A DNA stretch of 64,000 nucleotides from Paecilomyces variotii. Its lineage: Eukaryota. This document shows, piece by piece, positions 61,682 to 64,000 of this stretch; positions within the stretch are counted from its first letter, which is position 1, and every line of letters begins with the position of its first letter. The stretch lies in the NCBI GenBank assembly GCA_004022145.1, contig RCNU01000002.1. One strand, given 5' to 3'. Below the pieces are notes generated by a model. That model searched no databases. It was given only the letters and a program-made list of their open reading frames with translations, and was not told the origin of the DNA. Position numbers and translations under genes: made by a program.

Positions 61682-62197
61682 GAAATCCCGACAGAGAACG
61701 CATTGAGGAGCAAGATATCCGAATACGTCATTCCCAGAGTACAAAGAGGGCTTCGGGAAGGGTTCCATTCGATGTTGGAGATTATGCAGGGGTCATCGAA
61801 AACTTCAAGCCTGACACTGCGTACTTTGCACTGCTAACCCAGGATGGCAGGAACTGGAACCGTGCTTCTAGTAACATTAAGCCGTCCTGGAAATGGAACA
61901 CAGCTTTGGCCACCAATCCAGTTCCTAGGTATTGCTCGGAACACTATCGAGCACTCAGCCAGGTCAACTTCTACATGAATCAACATCATGCACGATACAG
62001 ATTTCTTCTTACCAACCAGGAATTAGTCGTTTTTCGACGGTTAAACAATAATACGTAGTAACCTGGAAATTGCCCCATTAGTTCCATTCAATGCAGGAGG
62101 GACTATTGCACAACCACAAACGACTGTTCTGTTAGCATTATGGTATCTCAGAATGCTTGATGCGCAAGGTCAAGGGGCTAATTGCTGGAATATGTAA
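61682..62197 (+). pseudogene. Degenerate fungal restriction-endonuclease-like gene fragment
   Basis: ENALRSKISEYVIPRVQRGLREGF / FDVG..FKPDTAY..NRASSNIKPSWKW..ALSQVNFYMNQHHARYRFLLTNQELVVFRR / NLEIA..TVLLALWYLRML; needs two frameshifts and lacks a start. Confidence 0.65.
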
Positions 62198-62521
62198 ATG
62201 GTGTCCCGGCAGATGATGTGTACCTAGAGCGGGCTCCTTGACCTGAACTGAGTCTCCACTCCAGTATTGTTGAAGAAAAACATAAATTGCAATATATTCT
62301 GGAATATATCTAACCTCTTGGTAGATCACATTCTGGTTTTCTTTCTCAATCCTGTATTCAAGGTCGTTCACGTACACTGGCAAGAGACAATGGCTACGCC
62401 TTTAAAAGACCTGTTCTAATTGCCGCACCAGTAAGTCAGTCTGGCTGCATAGAAATCTATACTATTCTATACTTCGATTAAGTATGTCTTGAACTTTCTT
62501 TCGGATGCGGTTGTAGGATAG

Positions 62522-62827
62522 ATTTTGTTGGTCGATATCTACGAGTATTGCCAATTATGACGGGACGCCCAGGACGAGATCGGCGCTACGTATGGAGTCC
62601 GGATTGCCAGGATTGTCAGGACCATCGTGAATGTACCTTGTGACACGTTTTTCAGACGATGGAGAGCGAAAACGGACGCACTGTGGTTCCAGTTGGCGAC
62701 ATCATGACTGGAAGCACTGACATGCAGGGACTTAGCCCGCAGTATCGTAGATACTCTCCAGCTCGAGAAGGAACTGGACTTAATGCGCATGCGGTCGATG
62801 AGCCTATGGAGATCACAGCTCACGTAG
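62522..62827 (+). pseudogene. Possible further coding relic
   Basis: Frame ILLVDIYEYCQL*RDAQDEIG...FFRRWRAKTDALWFQLATS*LEAL...LEKELDLMRMRSMSLWRSQLT* reads protein-like through two internal stops; family not recognised. Confidence 0.3.
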
Positions 62828-64000
62828 AAGGAATGAGGGTATATTACGGTAAGTTCGGCTTCCATTCCAAGAGGAATGGGTGCTTAATTACGAGGCAGAT
62901 CACGCCTGGGATGAAGAGTAAGCGCGTCTCTTCATAGTAGCTCTATATCAGCGTCACAAATATTCCCGTCATCTACCCCTGCAATAACGCTATATCTAGT
63001 ATATTCAGTACAGACTTTGAATAGTTTCCCACATAGTCCACTTGCTCTCGTAACAATCGCCTTGGATAAATATCCGTCTGTAGGTCTCTATAATGTCTTC
63101 TGAAAAGGGAAAACTTGACTGTCGCATAATCCCGGCTATCATTTTATTTTCGACCGCAGTCCACTTCAATATATCTCTTGCTAATTATTAGCGCGTAGAA
63201 CGGCCTTACAATGGTGCAGCCTGATTAGTTCTCGCTTAAGACCTTCCGGATCGGGTGGAGATTAGACGTGTAGAGTGGGAACTGAAAAGCAGCTTAGAAA
63301 GATAGCTCAATATAGGTAGTCCACGATGGCGCAAGACCGCATAACGGCCCGAGAAGCCCGTGCGGATCTAAAAGGAACGAAATCGTCGTATTTCTACTTG
63401 ACTTTTGGACCATTCATTGCTAGCTATCCTGCAGAAAGCTTCCCCGCAGAATAACAATTGGTGTCGGGCTGCTCATATCGGCAACTAAGCTTCATAGTCA
63501 TCTGTGACTAAATCCTATCCAGTAAGAAGTGTCCTCTTAGATAAGGAACGGTTGAATGGCGGTATGAGGAATCGAAGTGTCATCTCTCACTTCTCGTGTA
63601 CTCCAACCACGCTGTCCTACAAGGCGTAGGCCATCAGCACAAGATGGAAAATCTCTGGGGAACTCTTCAGTTCCCTATGGCCGTGTCGGGCCTACAGAAG
63701 GTGGATTCGACAGTATCATTAATAAAGCAATTACCGGAGAGGTGAGAAAGGTTTTACATTCTGGTCCTGTTGCCCGTACTGACTCTTGTTCAGGACATCA
63801 TGGCAGAATAAGACGCAACATGCTGCAGCCTTTGTAGCAAAGGGCGATTTGCACATCAGTTTCATGGCCATTTCATTGCTTGTACTGATGGGACGGTTGT
63901 TTCTAGATTTTGTTATTCCACTCAACCGAACCAGACAACGATTATCAGACACGACTTTTACAGGTGAAGTGAGACAATTTACACCTCTCAGATATGTATT

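Noticed and set aside
59400-64000. Starship element or autonomous transposon
   Set aside because: No DUF3435 tyrosine recombinase, DDE transposase, reverse transcriptase or element termini visible in the window.

Overview
Eukaryotic, intron-containing DNA from a filamentous ascomycete. Protein sequences and splice signals (GT..CTRAC..YAG, mostly ~50-100 nt introns) fit Eurotiomycetes/Eurotiales; the species cannot be fixed from sequence alone. About 2.3-53.5 kb is a gene-dense housekeeping block: STE24, RPA14-like, mitochondrial bL34, eIF2-gamma, MAK11, EAF1/VID21, SPP2, UTP13, SAD1, PRE1, RRP9, a PSH1-like RING protein, COX23 and MDM20. It is interrupted by accessory-looking islands: an RTA1 + Zn2Cys6 pair with an AT-rich relic at 18.8-22.5 kb, and at 46-49.3 kb an orphan micro-exon gene, a 249-bp hAT-type MITE (9-bp TIRs, 8-bp TSD) and a divergent GCN5. 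Both window ends look accessory: a frameshifted F-box-like pseudogene on the left; on the right a PTH11-like membrane protein, an APH-fold kinase, an intact PD-(D/E)XK-like ORF and a G->A-mutated nuclease-like relic. Best leads: the divergent GCN5 island, the MITE, the intron-split start codon of PRE1, and the nuclease-like pair. I found no rRNA, tRNA, CRISPR array, intact transposase or Starship captain. All family calls come from motif recognition, not database searches.
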